Assembly: GCA_965153455.1 (NCBI GenBank)
Contig: OZ234493.1
Coordinates: 12,514,213-12,578,212 of the forward strand
DNA: 64,000 nucleotides
Direction: 5' to 3'
DNA from: Sphagnum compactum
Taxonomy: Eukaryota
Under the pieces are notes generated by a model. The model saw only the letters and a program-made list of their open reading frames with translations. It did no database searches and was not told the origin of the DNA. The translations under genes and the position numbers were made by a program. Shown here in pieces: positions 35,145 to 48,879 of this stretch. Numbering within the stretch: position 1 is the stretch's first letter; the number at the start of each line of letters is the position of its first letter.

Positions 35145-36228
35145 GTTCTTTTGTGAAAGTGTTCTTCATCTCGGTGTGTGCTGGTCTAGCGGTAGCACTT
35201 ATTTTCTATTCCTCCCTTTCATTCTGTGAAAGGCTTGTTGTTGCTTGAGGCACGGTTTATGTTTGCTGGACTGTGTAGTTTTGATGAAGAGGCGAATTGT
35301 TTGTATGTGTTTGATCAACTTTTTTTCTTCTTCTTCTTCTTAAGGTCTAGGTTGCGATTGCTGCATTGCAGACTTGTAAACCTTTTGTTCTTGTGCAAAA
35401 AGTTTTTGTGAGATTCAGTTCAGGGTGTTATAAGTAAGGCGATGGCGCGTCTTCTTCTTCTTCCTTTTTGCACTTGTGTTTGGCCTTGAGCGTGTGTTGA
35501 TAGATAGATTGTGTTAGTGGCGAGGTAGCCAGGTTTTTTTGTTATATCTTGCTTCTTGTTATCTGACGATCACCTATACCTGGTGTTTTCTTTCTGCTCC
35601 TTCTGTTGCTGCTAGAGAGACGCCGCGGCGGGGGGGATGTTTTTTTCTGCACTGATGAGAGTTTGTTGAAACTGTAGGGTCTTTGTGTCAAGTGGAATTG
35701 CGTGATGCAATGGCAACGTGATACATCTCAGGAAGGCAGGAATTTGGATTTGATTGCTTTGGTGGCAGCAGCAAGGATGTGAAATTTGCAGTACATGCAT
35801 GTTTTCCTCGTCACCTGACCAGAATATATGGCTTCTTCTTGCTCTGGTAGACACGGGTAACGTGTCATTGATGAGGTGGAAGAGCAAACAAGGATCAGAC
35901 ATGAGTTGGGATTCTTGGTGAGACGGCAAGGAAGGCACTGTCTTGAATCAGGTCGCCGCATCTTTTGTATACATCTCACATCTCACATGTGAGAAAAGTG
36001 ATGCAGCCACCAAGAAAGAGTTAGAAATGTGGAAGAGGCTGTCAGGAGAATGTTCAGGGAGCTACTGTGATGTGGTTTGGTCCATCTCAGTAAATGGAGT
36101 TTGAAGTGTGTCTGGCTGTGCCTTTAGAAAATTAATCAGCGGTTCTCTAGAGCAGTTGGTTCACAGCAACTTTTCTTTGCAAAGTGGCGGGTCAAAGAGC
36201 CCTAGAAAATTCATAGATCACAGCAGAA

Positions 36229-39200
36229 ATGAGTGCTTTGCCAAGTTGCCACACAAATCAAATGGGATTGCATCAGCAGCAGCAGCAGTTGTATCGGTGC
36301 CCATTCAGTGAGCACTGGCGACGCCAGATAGGGCAGCTTTCTCCCTGTGCATTTATGCGCACAATCGGAGGATGTGAGGTCTGTGGTGATTCCATTTTTC
36401 CCTTGTCCTCGAGTTAAACTTGGGGATGATCTGTAATTATTATTACTTGTCCAAGTGCAAAGTTGGGAAGTTCATGATGCATCTTATTGTAGGCACAATG
36501 CGCATCATGCTCAGTTGCTTCCAAGTGAGTAGCATCCAATCACATCAAACAATCACACCAGTGGATGTGGGTCTATGCCAACTTAATTGTCTCCTTTTGA
36601 GCATAAAAGTTCAAAAGTAGCATTTCTGCTTAAGCTCAGAGAATTAAAACCAGTAGAGTAATAATTGTGTTTTCAGGTTACAAATCTTCCCTTCTGGATG
36701 CTGCTTGACATTTTAGTGGCCTATAATGAATTGTTTCTCTGCATCCTTTCATTAACAAGTTCCCACCTTTTTTGCCTTTTAAGATGCTGGTGCTCTTTAG
36801 AGCATGTACAGTCTCTGTGTCGTTAATGACTTAGGTTATGTTAAGGATAGCTTGGACTTGGTCCTTTTTACCATTCAGCTTCAATCTTCTGAAAACCTGA
36901 AAGTACTTGGTGAAAGATTTGCACAGTGAGGAGTGTAATTTAATGTAGCCATTGCATATGTTTTTATCGATTTGACCATATATGACCTTTTAGATGGAAA
37001 CATGTTTTCAATCACATTGGAGCTGTTTATTTGAGAAATCATGGTCTAATGGATGTGTATGAGTTTCTGTTTGGAAATTGAGATATTATTCATTTTGTGC
37101 TATTATATCCATGATGGTGCTGCATTGTGTCTGCAGGACCTTATTCAGCGCTTGTTTTTGGATGCAAATTTGGATGGACATGATGGTTGTGTCAATACTG
37201 TGCATTTTAATCCAAGTGGCGAGCTGTTGGTCTCAGGATCAGATGACCGCAAAATTGTGTTTTGGGATTGGTCTGCACAAGTACAAAAGCTCTCGTACAA
37301 TTCTGGTCATGATAACAATGTTTTCCAGGCCAAAATCATGCCATTTTCAAATGACCACAGTGTTGTCAGCTGTGCTGCTGATGGTCAGGTTTGTCAAATT
37401 TGTTTTTTAATCTCCACAGAAGAAGATTGAATCATTTACAGACCCAATCTATGTGCTTAAAAATGGTCATCCTCATGTGTTCACCCTTTGATGGAATGAT
37501 CAGGCTTCCTGAAAGGTGGTGTTCACTTTTACCCACTATCGCTGCTGATGTGCTGTCTTTGGACAATGATGAATGAACTTAAAAGAGAAACTGTTATTGC
37601 TTTTGCTTTCATCACTGCATTTCTTCTTTATTTTATTTTTCTTAGCAGGATCTCATTTTCACCTAGAATCTGCTTTGCGTCCTAAACCAGGGAGTATTGT
37701 TGTCTTAGGTTAAAAGGACCAGATGGATGCCATCTAAAGTAGCAACTTGCTCAGAAGATTGTCAGTGCACCAAATTTGTATTTGGATGGGCTGTTGACAG
37801 ATTCGACATGGTCAAGTGTTGGGGAGTGGAAGGGTTGAAACAAGGAGGCTTGGCAAGCACAAGGGACGTGCTCACAAGCTCTCGATTGAGCCTACTAGTC
37901 CACACAGGTTCTTGAGTTGTGGTGAAGATGGTGTCGTCAACCAAGTAAGATACCAACTTCTTTCATGTACAACTCATAACTGCAAATCTTCACACAGTAG
38001 CTTCTGAGTCACATGAGGTCTAAAGATTCCAATCTGCTTCACCAGTCACAGGAACGTATCTATGAGGTCTCTGCAGTTTTACTTTGCTGTAGCCCAGATG
38101 CATGGGCTTCCCCTGATCTGTATGTTTGGAGCATGTCCTGATGCACTACTTATGCCAGTATTGGTTGGCAATTGGACAAGCAGGGTAACTTAAAAAGGCT
38201 ATTGGGAAAATAGGACTTCACTTGTTAATTATCCTGCACTGCTGTACAGCCTTTTCAACACAAATGTCCTCCAGAAAGCATGACAATTGTTGAAGAGATG
38301 AAGGTGTTGTTGATCCTATCTCTTGATGGGATGTGCATCACTTTAGAGCTTTCACATAGGACCAACTTTTGGACAGGTTTCTTGATGTGGTATTGTGCAC
38401 ACATATAGATTGTTCCCAGCAATTAGAGAGTTGTGAAGCAGGTGTATAATGTAGAATTGTTTGAATATGACCGCCTTTAGCTATATTCTTTAAAAAATTC
38501 AGCATTGATTCCCCCATATGGAAATCTGGTAAGCATAGTTCTCTTGATTTGCAAATGGTTCATAAGAGAACTGATGGTTCATGATCTGTATCTCTTGTTC
38601 ACTTCTAGTTGTTGCTGAATAGATAACAGATGGTTCACCAGTTTTGCAGCTATGTCAAGCAACTTCATGTCCCCTGTTTATTTCAATAGTTATCCCTGTT
38701 CACTTGGATCACTCTAACACTTGGGGTTTGAGGACTTTGTTCTTGTCTTACTCACTGTCTGACATACTGTGACCCAGTTTGATCTAAGGGAGGACAAGGG
38801 TACAAGGCTCTTTGTGTGCCATGGCTTTCACCTTGGCAGTAGCAAGCCCAGCCATGGGAGTGTGGTTCGTCTCAATTCCATTGTTATCAACCCTCGGAAC
38901 ACCAACTACTTTTCAGTGGGAGGGTCTGATGAGTTTGCCCGTGTCTATGACATACGCCGTGTCAATGTGAATGCTTCAAGCAGCGAGGATCAGCCTGTTG
39001 ACTCCTTCACTCCAAAGCACTTGTTGGGTACAAGCAAGGACCCTCACCAGTATTTTGGTATGAACCTCATTTGATATTCTTTTTGTAGCATAGTTTCTTG
39101 GAAAGGATTGCTAGATGTGGGATTTCCATGGATGTGGGACAAAGTGATGATCTTGTGTGATGAGATATCTTACTATTTAGGTTTCTTTGCAATGATGTGG

Positions 39201-40597
39201 AGTGTTTCATGGTTTTGGTGCTTTGATTCAGTGCTTTGATTGGGAGGCTTGATGTATGAAGGAATCAGCAACTAGAGGACAGAAAATGTAGTCACAGAAT
39301 TCACAGTTCCAGCTTCCAAATGAGTTCATGGGCTCCAACATGTTTACCCAAATTAGAGATCTGGATACTGAAGTTTGCCTCCTTGTCAGAAACCTTACCT
39401 CCTTGTCCCTGTGGTTTGTCGGCCTCACATTGTCAAGACACACCCTCTAGACTGTTGAAAGTGATTTAACAGCTGCTTTGAAGGATTGCTCCATATCTGG
39501 TGTCTCTCAACTGCTCATTTGGAGGCATGAGGCTAACATCCATCTGATCTCTCCAGTTGTAATTGCTCAACTTTTGGAGGGTTGCTCTGTGTTTCTCTTG
39601 CTAAAGCAGATATTTCTTGGGGGGGTGGTGAGCAGGTCAAGTCCACATAACATGTGTTGCATACTCACATCAAGAGGAGCTCCTCGTTTCATACAATGAT
39701 GAGCTTATCTACTCTTTTGACAAGGATATGGGCTTGGGCCCAAATCCCAAGGAAAGACAACACACAGATGACATGAAGGGAAATGATATTGACTCACAGC
39801 AAGACTGTCCAGGACCACAAGTGTTTGAAGGACATCGGAATGCTCAAACAGTGAAGGGTGTTAATTATTTTGGTCCCAACACAGAGTATGTAGTAAGTGG
39901 GTCAGATTGTGGTCGAATCTTCATCTGGAAGAAGAAGGGAGGAAAACTTTTGGCTCTATTGAAAGGGGACAGCCAAGTAGTGAACTGCTTGGAACCACAC
40001 CCTTATGCCACTATTCTTGCCACAAGTGGTATAGACAGAACCATCAAAGTGTGGGCTCCTACAGCTCCTGAGTTACTTCCACTTCCATGCGATGTTAATA
40101 TGGTAGCCTCAAACCTTTTTCAGCTGAGATGTGCATTTTCATGCTGGATTCTTTACTGCTTGTTTTGCATTTGGCCATTCATGCCCTTTGCATTCAATAC
40201 AGGGCAGTTTCTTGCTGCTGGCCACAGTTGTGAAGATAGATGCAACTAGTTGGTGGCTACAGATTCTGCAAACCTGCACTCATCATCTGTAGCTCATGTG
40301 AGTGGAAGGAAGCAAAACATGGACTATTGATTTTCTTTTGCTTAATGTACCTCATTGCAGATCATGGAGGAAAACAATCGGAGAAGACAAGATCGGTCTC
40401 ATAATATACCATTGACGCCAGATCTCATAATGCATGTGTTACGCTTCCAGCGGCGGCACACACGTACAGATTCTGAGAATCAGTACACACAGATGTCTGA
40501 TGACAATGATGATGATGACATGGAGTGTGATTCAGCAGATGAGGAGTCAGTGGATGATGTGGATACTGCTAACTCACGGGAGTGTACTATCAGCTAG
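36229..40597 (+). CDS. DCAF8: DDB1- and CUL4-associated factor 8-like WD40 protein (6 coding exons, ~509 aa)
   Basis: Exons 36229-36378, 37137-37388, 37801-37944, 38778-39057, 39636-40102, 40361-40597 with GT-AG and consistent phase. Motifs [12 protein letters not shown]...[62 protein letters not shown]. Confidence 0.95.
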
Positions 40598-43500
40598 CAG
40601 CTCCCCCATAGTAATGTAAACACTAACTGAAACCGGCGTGCAAATGTTTTGCTACAAGTGTTGTTCACATGGTAGTGTCAGACTCAATAATGCCTTTTTT
40701 ATGTTTCCTGTGTCACCACATGGTCACTGTTGTGACAGACAAAGAGGAAGGAACAGCAGCAATAAATACAAACAGAGTGTTGTACACAAACGTGGGCGAA
40801 CAGTGGGGGAACGAGGGCCTCACAGGTGGTTGGGCACCTGTGACGTTCTAAAGAGCGACAAAGAGTCACAAGGCATCATCATATGTTGAGTGGATTGAGC
40901 TTGCTATGTTAAGGATTTTGTGAACTTTATGTACAGAGTACCACTATGGAGACAGAAAGGACTTTTGTATGCTACTTTTGCAGTGTTGAAAGGCTGATGA
41001 GTGATGCAAGAATGTGTCTGGGAATATTTTATGTTTGGTTCTTCTATATTTGCTCGTCTTATTTCATCCACTTGTTGGTAAAAACTGTGTGTACTGGGAG
41101 TAGTAGTAATCTGATGTTTCTGATGATTAATTGGTTTGTCTGTAACACAAGTTTTTTCTTTTGGTTAAAGAGGAGAGAAGATGCAATCTTGTAGGCCAGG
41201 GAGAGTGCATGTGATATTTGAGGCTAATAATGATAGTTGTGTGACATTTTTCTGGTGGTGGTGTGTTGTGAAATGCCTTGACAATGCTAAGGTGGAGGAT
41301 GCAGCTGCGCACAAGGATGGTGGTGCTCACAATGCTACTCTCATAAAGAACTACCAAGGAGGTTTAGGGTTTAAACCCTTAAACCCTAAACCTGTGTTCA
41401 AGGATGGTGCACACAACTGGCCCAAAATATCCAGGTACTATGTACAGAACTGGTGAAATTCATTGTATCTATTATTGAAGCTTGGAGTGTTCTTACAGGC
41501 GAAGAAGAAAAATTGCAGTGTTGTCTTGCAAGTTAGATTTCTTATGTTGTAAAGTGAAAATGAAGAATCTTTAATAACCATGGTTACTTACCTATAATAT
41601 TAGACAACCTGTTCTTTGATTCTTTATTTCTTCATGTTTATGACAAATCCCAATAGTTGTGGGGGATCTACTCCTATTGGGTTTGTTCCGTTTTTATAAT
41701 TGCCTTGGTAATAGTTGCAAAGTTTCAATTATAACCAAAAGAGAGGGTATTGATGTAAACATAAGACTATCAACAACAATATGGCTAAAGAAAGTACATG
41801 TATATATATTCGTAATAAGAACAATTTATACCAGTTCATTATCCTTAAACATCAATACTTTCTCAAAACCTACCTTACATTCCTATGATTTTTATATAAT
41901 AATTCATTCTACAATACTTGAGACTAAATTAAAAAAAACCTATAGGCATGAAGTGGATATGATCTCTCTATATATCCTTTCATAAGCTATTTTATTTCTT
42001 ATATGATATCAAAGTTGAACCCAAAATGTAAACCCTTCATAGAACATTTAGAATTTCCCACGAGATGGCCCAAAAACCTATGATTTGAACAATCAACCTT
42101 TTTCCTTCCCAACATTCAATAATAGATAGTGTTAATTATTGTTTTAGAAATCTCAAACATTTATCATTGGAAAATGTTGACAAGTATAACCCCAACCTTC
42201 CAAGGAGCATCAAAGTTACACTCGGAGTACCCACATCAACAACATATATTCATTTTCCTTATCCATGTATCACATTCTAAACCTCTAATATTAAATTTTT
42301 TTTAAGTATACAAAACTTTAAATCTTGATGCCATGAAGATATCAACCTCTTATAATCCCCTAAAGCCTATCATCAATTCCAATCATGCCATTAATATTTT
42401 ACATGACCTATTTGGATCCAATCCTCCAACTAAAAAATCTCCTATGCAAAGGACATTCTTGAACATCTATAAATAGACAAACTAGGAACTTAACTTCATG
42501 AACATTCTTCCCTTCAAATCATGTACTTAGTTAATTATAGACTTTTGAAAAGTCCACAATTAACATATGACCATTTGGAGATTGGAAATTTGTAGAGAAA
42601 GTTTGATTTGAGGGCCACCCTGTAACAACATGGATCAATAGTGTTTTGCTTCATTAGATGATCCAACAAATAGATGTTTTCAGTGTTTTGCTTCAAATTC
42701 ATTAGAGAACTTGTATTTAACCACCAAGTTTTAAAAGTCAAAAATTAACGATTTAATCCAAATTAACTAAATACATGTTCCAATCCTATTTTGTTACAAT
42801 GACTCCACCAATCAAAGAAAAAAAACAAGGCTAAGATACATAGCTTGTGGAAGGTTACTCCATTTATCCCAAACCTTTACAACAAAACTCCATCCAATCC
42901 TCCAATAGCATCCACATTCAATGAGAAAACAACAAAAAAAACAATAGCACATCATAACACATCCAAAAATCTTGCACCGCCGTAAACAAACACCATCTCC
43001 ATTGTTCCACCAGAAATCAACAAACATCCCATTAAATGATGAAAAAGAAAAAAAATAGTGGTTTTCGACACTTATATAAAAACATGGATTTCCATGTTCA
43101 CATCTTAAACCCTAACATTAATAGATTGTTCATACATGACACAACCCTAGGTTATATGTAACCACTCCCTAATAATTTTGATTGAGACCCGGGTGTAAAC
43201 ACACTACTATGGTCAAAGATTGTTGTCACAAATATTATTTTATTAAACTACATGTTTTTGAACTTTTACCAAGTTAATATTGAAACGGTTTTTTACAAAT
43301 AATACTTGGAATAAGATAGTCCAAAACCCAAATAATAAGATTGTAAAAACAAATCCCACTTGGAAATTGATATTAAATGATTGAAAATTATGTTAGTGAA
43401 AATTTTATAATTGTATTGATATATTGCAGAATGCAAATATACTTCAAAAACCATTCAAATGATTACCAACCTTGATGAAGTATTCAATCATATATTACAT

Positions 43501-43899
43501 ATGAGTTAATTGTCCCATTTCAATTCTATTTGAAGAGTTACACTCATATGATTTCACAAAAAACATTTGGATGAGGTTTTTCATTCAAACAAGCGTAAGT
43601 GTGTGAATAAATAATTTATTTTTTTGAAAAAACATCATCATTTGAAAGATAACAAGAATTATGGGTGAGGATTTGTGTCAAAAGTCCATTTTCATTCTTT
43701 TTCAAAGTGTTATATGAAATATGCCCCCAAAATAATACAAAATGTACTAAAAAGTGAGTACATTTTCTTGCCCAAAATGTACTGCCGTAGCGGGCTTTCA
43801 CCCACCCTTACTTTTCACCATTCAAGGTGCATAATGGCAAAGTTGGAGATCCCTCCTTGTCAACCCCAAAGTTGTTCATCTTTGTCTTTGTTCACACAA

Positions 43900-46800
43900 A
43901 TTCTTTCACCCTCATCTTACTCTAAAAATTCATTCCCATCCAAATACTTCATTAAAAAAATGGGATTTCCCAACTAGAAGTCAACGATCTTTCCTTTCTT
44001 CATCTTAACATAATATCAATTACTTCTCCATGCATCCTTGCAATAATTTGCATCTTTTCAATAAGTTGTTCAACTATCATTATTGAATCATGGTCATCAT
44101 TAAAAGCTTTAACTAAAGACTTAATCAATTGTCTGAACATTTGTATGACTAATTAAAATCATGCACATGGTGAAAACATGGTGGTAGCTTGGATACCACA
44201 TCAATATCCAAAAAATAATAATAGCAAATGATTATCCCAATCTTGAGCCTGTTCAATAGTAACAAAAAGAATAATCATCCCATGTTTCAAGGTTTTGGCC
44301 AACCTTTCAACAATACCATTGCATTTAGGCCATTAAGGAATAATGTATTGATGTACAATTCCATAATTCTTACACAATTGGACAAACTCTAGCACCATTC
44401 ACCTCCATTATTAATTTAAAACATGCTTAGAAACCCCAAATTTATAGATAATTTTATCTTCAAAAAGTTTGACAACAATTTTCACTAGATGATTTCTATT
44501 TTTTTTACCTCAACCCACTTAGAATAATGATCAATGGCCACCAAAATGTATTGATTTCCTTTGCGTGTTTTTGGTATCATACCTATTATATCAAGAACAA
44601 CCTTGTAGAAATGATCCCACATTGGTATACTCTCAAAAATTTCTGCATCAAATTTAATACTTATAGTTTTCTTCACAAGTTGACACTACTTACATGCATG
44701 AATAACAATATTTTGTTCTTTAATTCTATTATGCCAAAAGTAACACGTGTTCACCTCCATAAGCATTCATCCTTCACCAAAGTGTTTAATCTCATTGTGT
44801 AAATCCAAATGATCTATTTGTGTTCCTTAGGTTTTGAAATCACTAGTCCTTTAAACATCAATTTATCATGGTTTTGGTGATGATATAAAATCCATTTTTT
44901 ATTCCAGCATTTCCCACACTACACTTGACAAGACTTATCTTCCATTTAGTACCATCATGGTTTGCTCATCATTCTAATTATCCATGTGCCTAAAACAATC
45001 CCATTCACAATCTTTTTCACCTTCTAAACAACTACCATCCACCTCATCTTCATCAACTAATGTTTGTATTTTTTCAATCAGTGTAGATGCATTTAAATAT
45101 CCCATAGCTTTTGCCATCTCTTCTTCAAAGTTTGCTTCAATTGTTTTTCATTTATCTTATCTGCCAAACCCCCGATTCTTTTTGATCAACCATTATTTCT
45201 ATAGTCATCATCTTTACCTCTTATGTTTCAATGACGTCAACGATAAACAATTGATTGAACATCATTTTGTTATCCATATGTTACAAAATCAACCCCATTT
45301 CCTACCCAACAAGTTTCTTCCACTTCTTGAATTTGTTGCATCAATTCATAATCTTGCATTTCCTTATGGAAATCTTCCTCCTCTTGCACAATTCCACTAG
45401 ATTTATACTCAATTCATCAACATTGGTATGTTTGGATTTTGCATGATGCATTATTTAAAAGTTGAAGTCCTATAACATGTTGATCCACCTTCCTATTCTT
45501 CCATACACATCAAAGACAATAGTTAACCACTCAAAAGGTTTGTGATTAATATGTAGGAAATGATTTCAATACAGGTAATGTCAAAAATGCATGATGCTCC
45601 ATATCAATGCATAACATTCACCTTCCATTGAATGGAACTTCCTTTAAATTATTGTCCTTTGTTTGCATAAAACTACAACTCATTCATTTCTTCCTTCTTT
45701 TGTGACAAATTGGTTCCCACACCTTAGGTTGACCAATCTACATACAAAATAATTTAGGCTTAGGGAATTTTGGGTTCAAAAGAATAGGTGACTTAACTAG
45801 TGCATCTTTTAACATGTTAAAGACATTTTGATAATTAAGGTTCCATAAAAACATTGCATCCTTCGTTGTTAGTTCAAATAGAAATACAACCATGTGAGAA
45901 TATCCATTTAAATAATTCTTGTAGTAACCAATATTACTTAAAAATGCATGAACATTCGTGGAATATGTAGGTATTGAAAAATTAGCTTTACTTTTTTGAG
46001 TTGGTTGGGTTTCCTTCCTTACTCACAACATGACCCAATAAACCAATGCTAGTCTTGGCAAATTCACATTTGTTGAAATTGAGTTTCAATTTAACTCCAA
46101 TTTTTTTTCCCATGACATGCTATGAATGTTGATATCATCAACAAACACCACCAAGAACTTGTCCATGTATAAATATTTTAGTCATAGTCTTGAAAATTGT
46201 GTTAGTTGCAAATTACCACAAACTGCCCTCTCCATGTATATATGTTTTTACGACACTTTAACAATGTGTTCAAAGTTAAGTGTTAACACAGTGTTGACAC
46301 AATCATTAATATGATGTTGTGATGACATTGGGGTGTAAGCAAGGTAAAGTAGACAAGAAAAGTAGTCTTTTCAAAATCCAATTAAAGAATGAAACAATTT
46401 TTGATATGGACACAAGAAAGTAGATTCAAAATATTTTGAAGTAGAAATATAAAATCATAGGGCTTTGCATTTAATTTATAAGAAGTTGAATACAGAGTTT
46501 GAACAACTTTGACATCATAAGAGTAGGTTGAAAGTGTGTTTGAAACTAAATAGGTCAAAATGGTGTTCAAACCTACTTCATATAATTTGATATATTATGA
46601 TTATAACATCCATAATTGATAATACATGAGTATATTTTAGAGCCCCACTAAATTGAAATTTAAAAAAAATTAATATTTCATCTACATGTAGCCCATTTTG
46701 TAAAATGAGACATTTTGTGCAAGTATAAACATTTTTTGAAATTATATTAATCCTACTTTCAAGATGGGGCTTGTCAAAATTTTAAATATAAAATGAAAGA

Positions 46801-47990
46801 TTATCATTGTGTTAATTATTAGACCAAAAAAAAAAATCTACTTTTGAGACATTAAAAAAAAATCATGGCTACAAGTAATGTTATTCTACAAGCATATTCA
46901 GACATGCTAGGTTTCATTTTTCCCAATGTTAATAAAGCATCAATTTGCCTTCTAACTTCTACTTCTTACCAAAAAGATAACATATTTAAAGTAGTCCAAC
47001 ACAATAGAAACCCTTGTGGATCCATAGTATGTTCTCCAAGCTTGCAACATTCAAGCTTGGTTTGAAACCTAGTAAAGACATTTGGAAATTGATCCAACAA
47101 TTGCCATATATTTGTTCAACCTTCACTTGATCCAAGGTTGGGTCAATCTTGATTTTGAACTTAATCTCATCCCACCTATCCTTTTTCTTATCATCAAATA
47201 TGTTATTTGTAGCTACAAAATCCTATTTCTCCTTGTCACCTCTCATCTCCAATTAAAACACCACTAAACATTTTCCAAATTTATTGCCACTAAACATTTC
47301 ATTCCTTCTATTATCATCCTTAACAACACACTTCATCCAATTTTCAAAATCATTAGAGTTTGAAAGTTCTTCGAATATTATGTTGTATGTTTGTTCCTCA
47401 AATAACATGTTCATGATTTTATTTGGCCCCTCTTGCATCACAAAGGTATCTAGTCCATTGTCTTACATTTTCAATCATTGTATGATTTTCATGTAGAATC
47501 AAATTTGGTGTCTTATCTCCTTTAACAAATTCTAGTTTTCTATTTTCATCTACAAATGAAACAAGGCTAGATCACCCATTAATCGAATTGTTTTCTACAA
47601 TATCACCCATAAATTGTATATCACATATAATATTATTCAGATTCTTAAAGCCTATTTCCATTGATTTCATTGCATATTTTTTATTTACATCATACTTGGG
47701 TTGTAATTACTCTTTGACCTCTTATAATATGTTAACCATATTTAATGGTAGGATTTAGATGTTGTTCATTGGGCTTTATTTAACCTAAATTATCCTTTTT
47801 TCCACATCCACAACAATTTCTATCTCGATTAGGAAATCCAACCTTAACAACAAATTGTCACTGTTTATATCAAAAATCATAAATGTCTTGAGATATTATG
47901 TCTTTCCAACTTTCATAAGCATTTCATCTATCCTTTTCAGTGCTTGAGTTACCACCCCTATCACGTGTTTTCTTGAAAATGACACCTTGT
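43900..47990 (-). mobile_element. Highly degenerate Ty3/Gypsy LTR retrotransposon pol remnant
   Basis: Minus-strand order RT (MDKFLVVFVDDINIH ~46165-46120; LKLNFNKCEF), RNase H-like region, then integrase (KVVLDIIGMIPKTRKGNQYILVAIDHYSKWVEV; WPKCNGIVERLAKTLK ~44335-44285). Many stops and frameshifts; no LTRs identified. Confidence 0.85.
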
Positions 47991-48879
47991 CATAAAACAA
48001 TATTTGGCAAAAAAAATTATTTTTTAAGCCTATTTTACAAGGTTATAAGCAACCAACCTTTTTAAAGGTAGGGATTTGGCTAAAATTTGCCAACAAAAGA
48101 AATATTGCTTGGGTGAGGCTTCCCATTTTATATAGCCAAAGTGAATTAACACCCACCAATGCATCATCCATTAGATGGCCCTTGTGATTTAGTTGTGGAT
48201 GAACTTTAATTAAGTTAACATTTGGTTTCACCTTGGTAACCCATTATGTAAGAAGTAGATCATACATATTGGTAGGAAAATTGGTGATTACTAAATAAGG
48301 AGATTGGATTATACATAGTAATAAAGTCTATTTTTACTAGTGTTGGCTAGATATTGACTTTTAGACCTACCTTATGGATATCAATAAAAATAAAATTTCA
48401 AGGAAACATATAATACATGTTTTATACATATATATTTTTGGAATGTATTTGTAAGGATATATATATATAATTTATTACACCAACAATTAATTACACATTC
48501 CTTTTTTGAAAATTTATTTTGTTAATTAATAATACATTGGTTTTCAATTTCAAAACATGACAATATGCACAAATGATATGCAATTATGTTGTTTACAAAA
48601 ACAACTTACAAGAATACAACCTAGTTTCCCAAAACAAAACTAACATGAAAAAATTACAAAACAAAATAACTTGTAAGGGAATCAAACCCCCATTTTATGA
48701 AAAACTATGCTTAATTGTAGTGCAAGTTCTTTGCCCCAACCACACCCCACATAAACCCTCCCTAGCCCCACAATATTAATCATTATCAACTTCTAACTTT
48801 CAAAAAAATTTTGTTCTTGTAATTCTCCTTTGCCAAAAATTCTTTCTTTTTCAAGTATTTTTTCAAGTCTAAAATTGGC

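Noticed and set aside
41660-42800. Possible decayed coding sequence on the minus strand
   Set aside because: Fragments look protein-like but I could not assign a family; it needs a BLASTX search.
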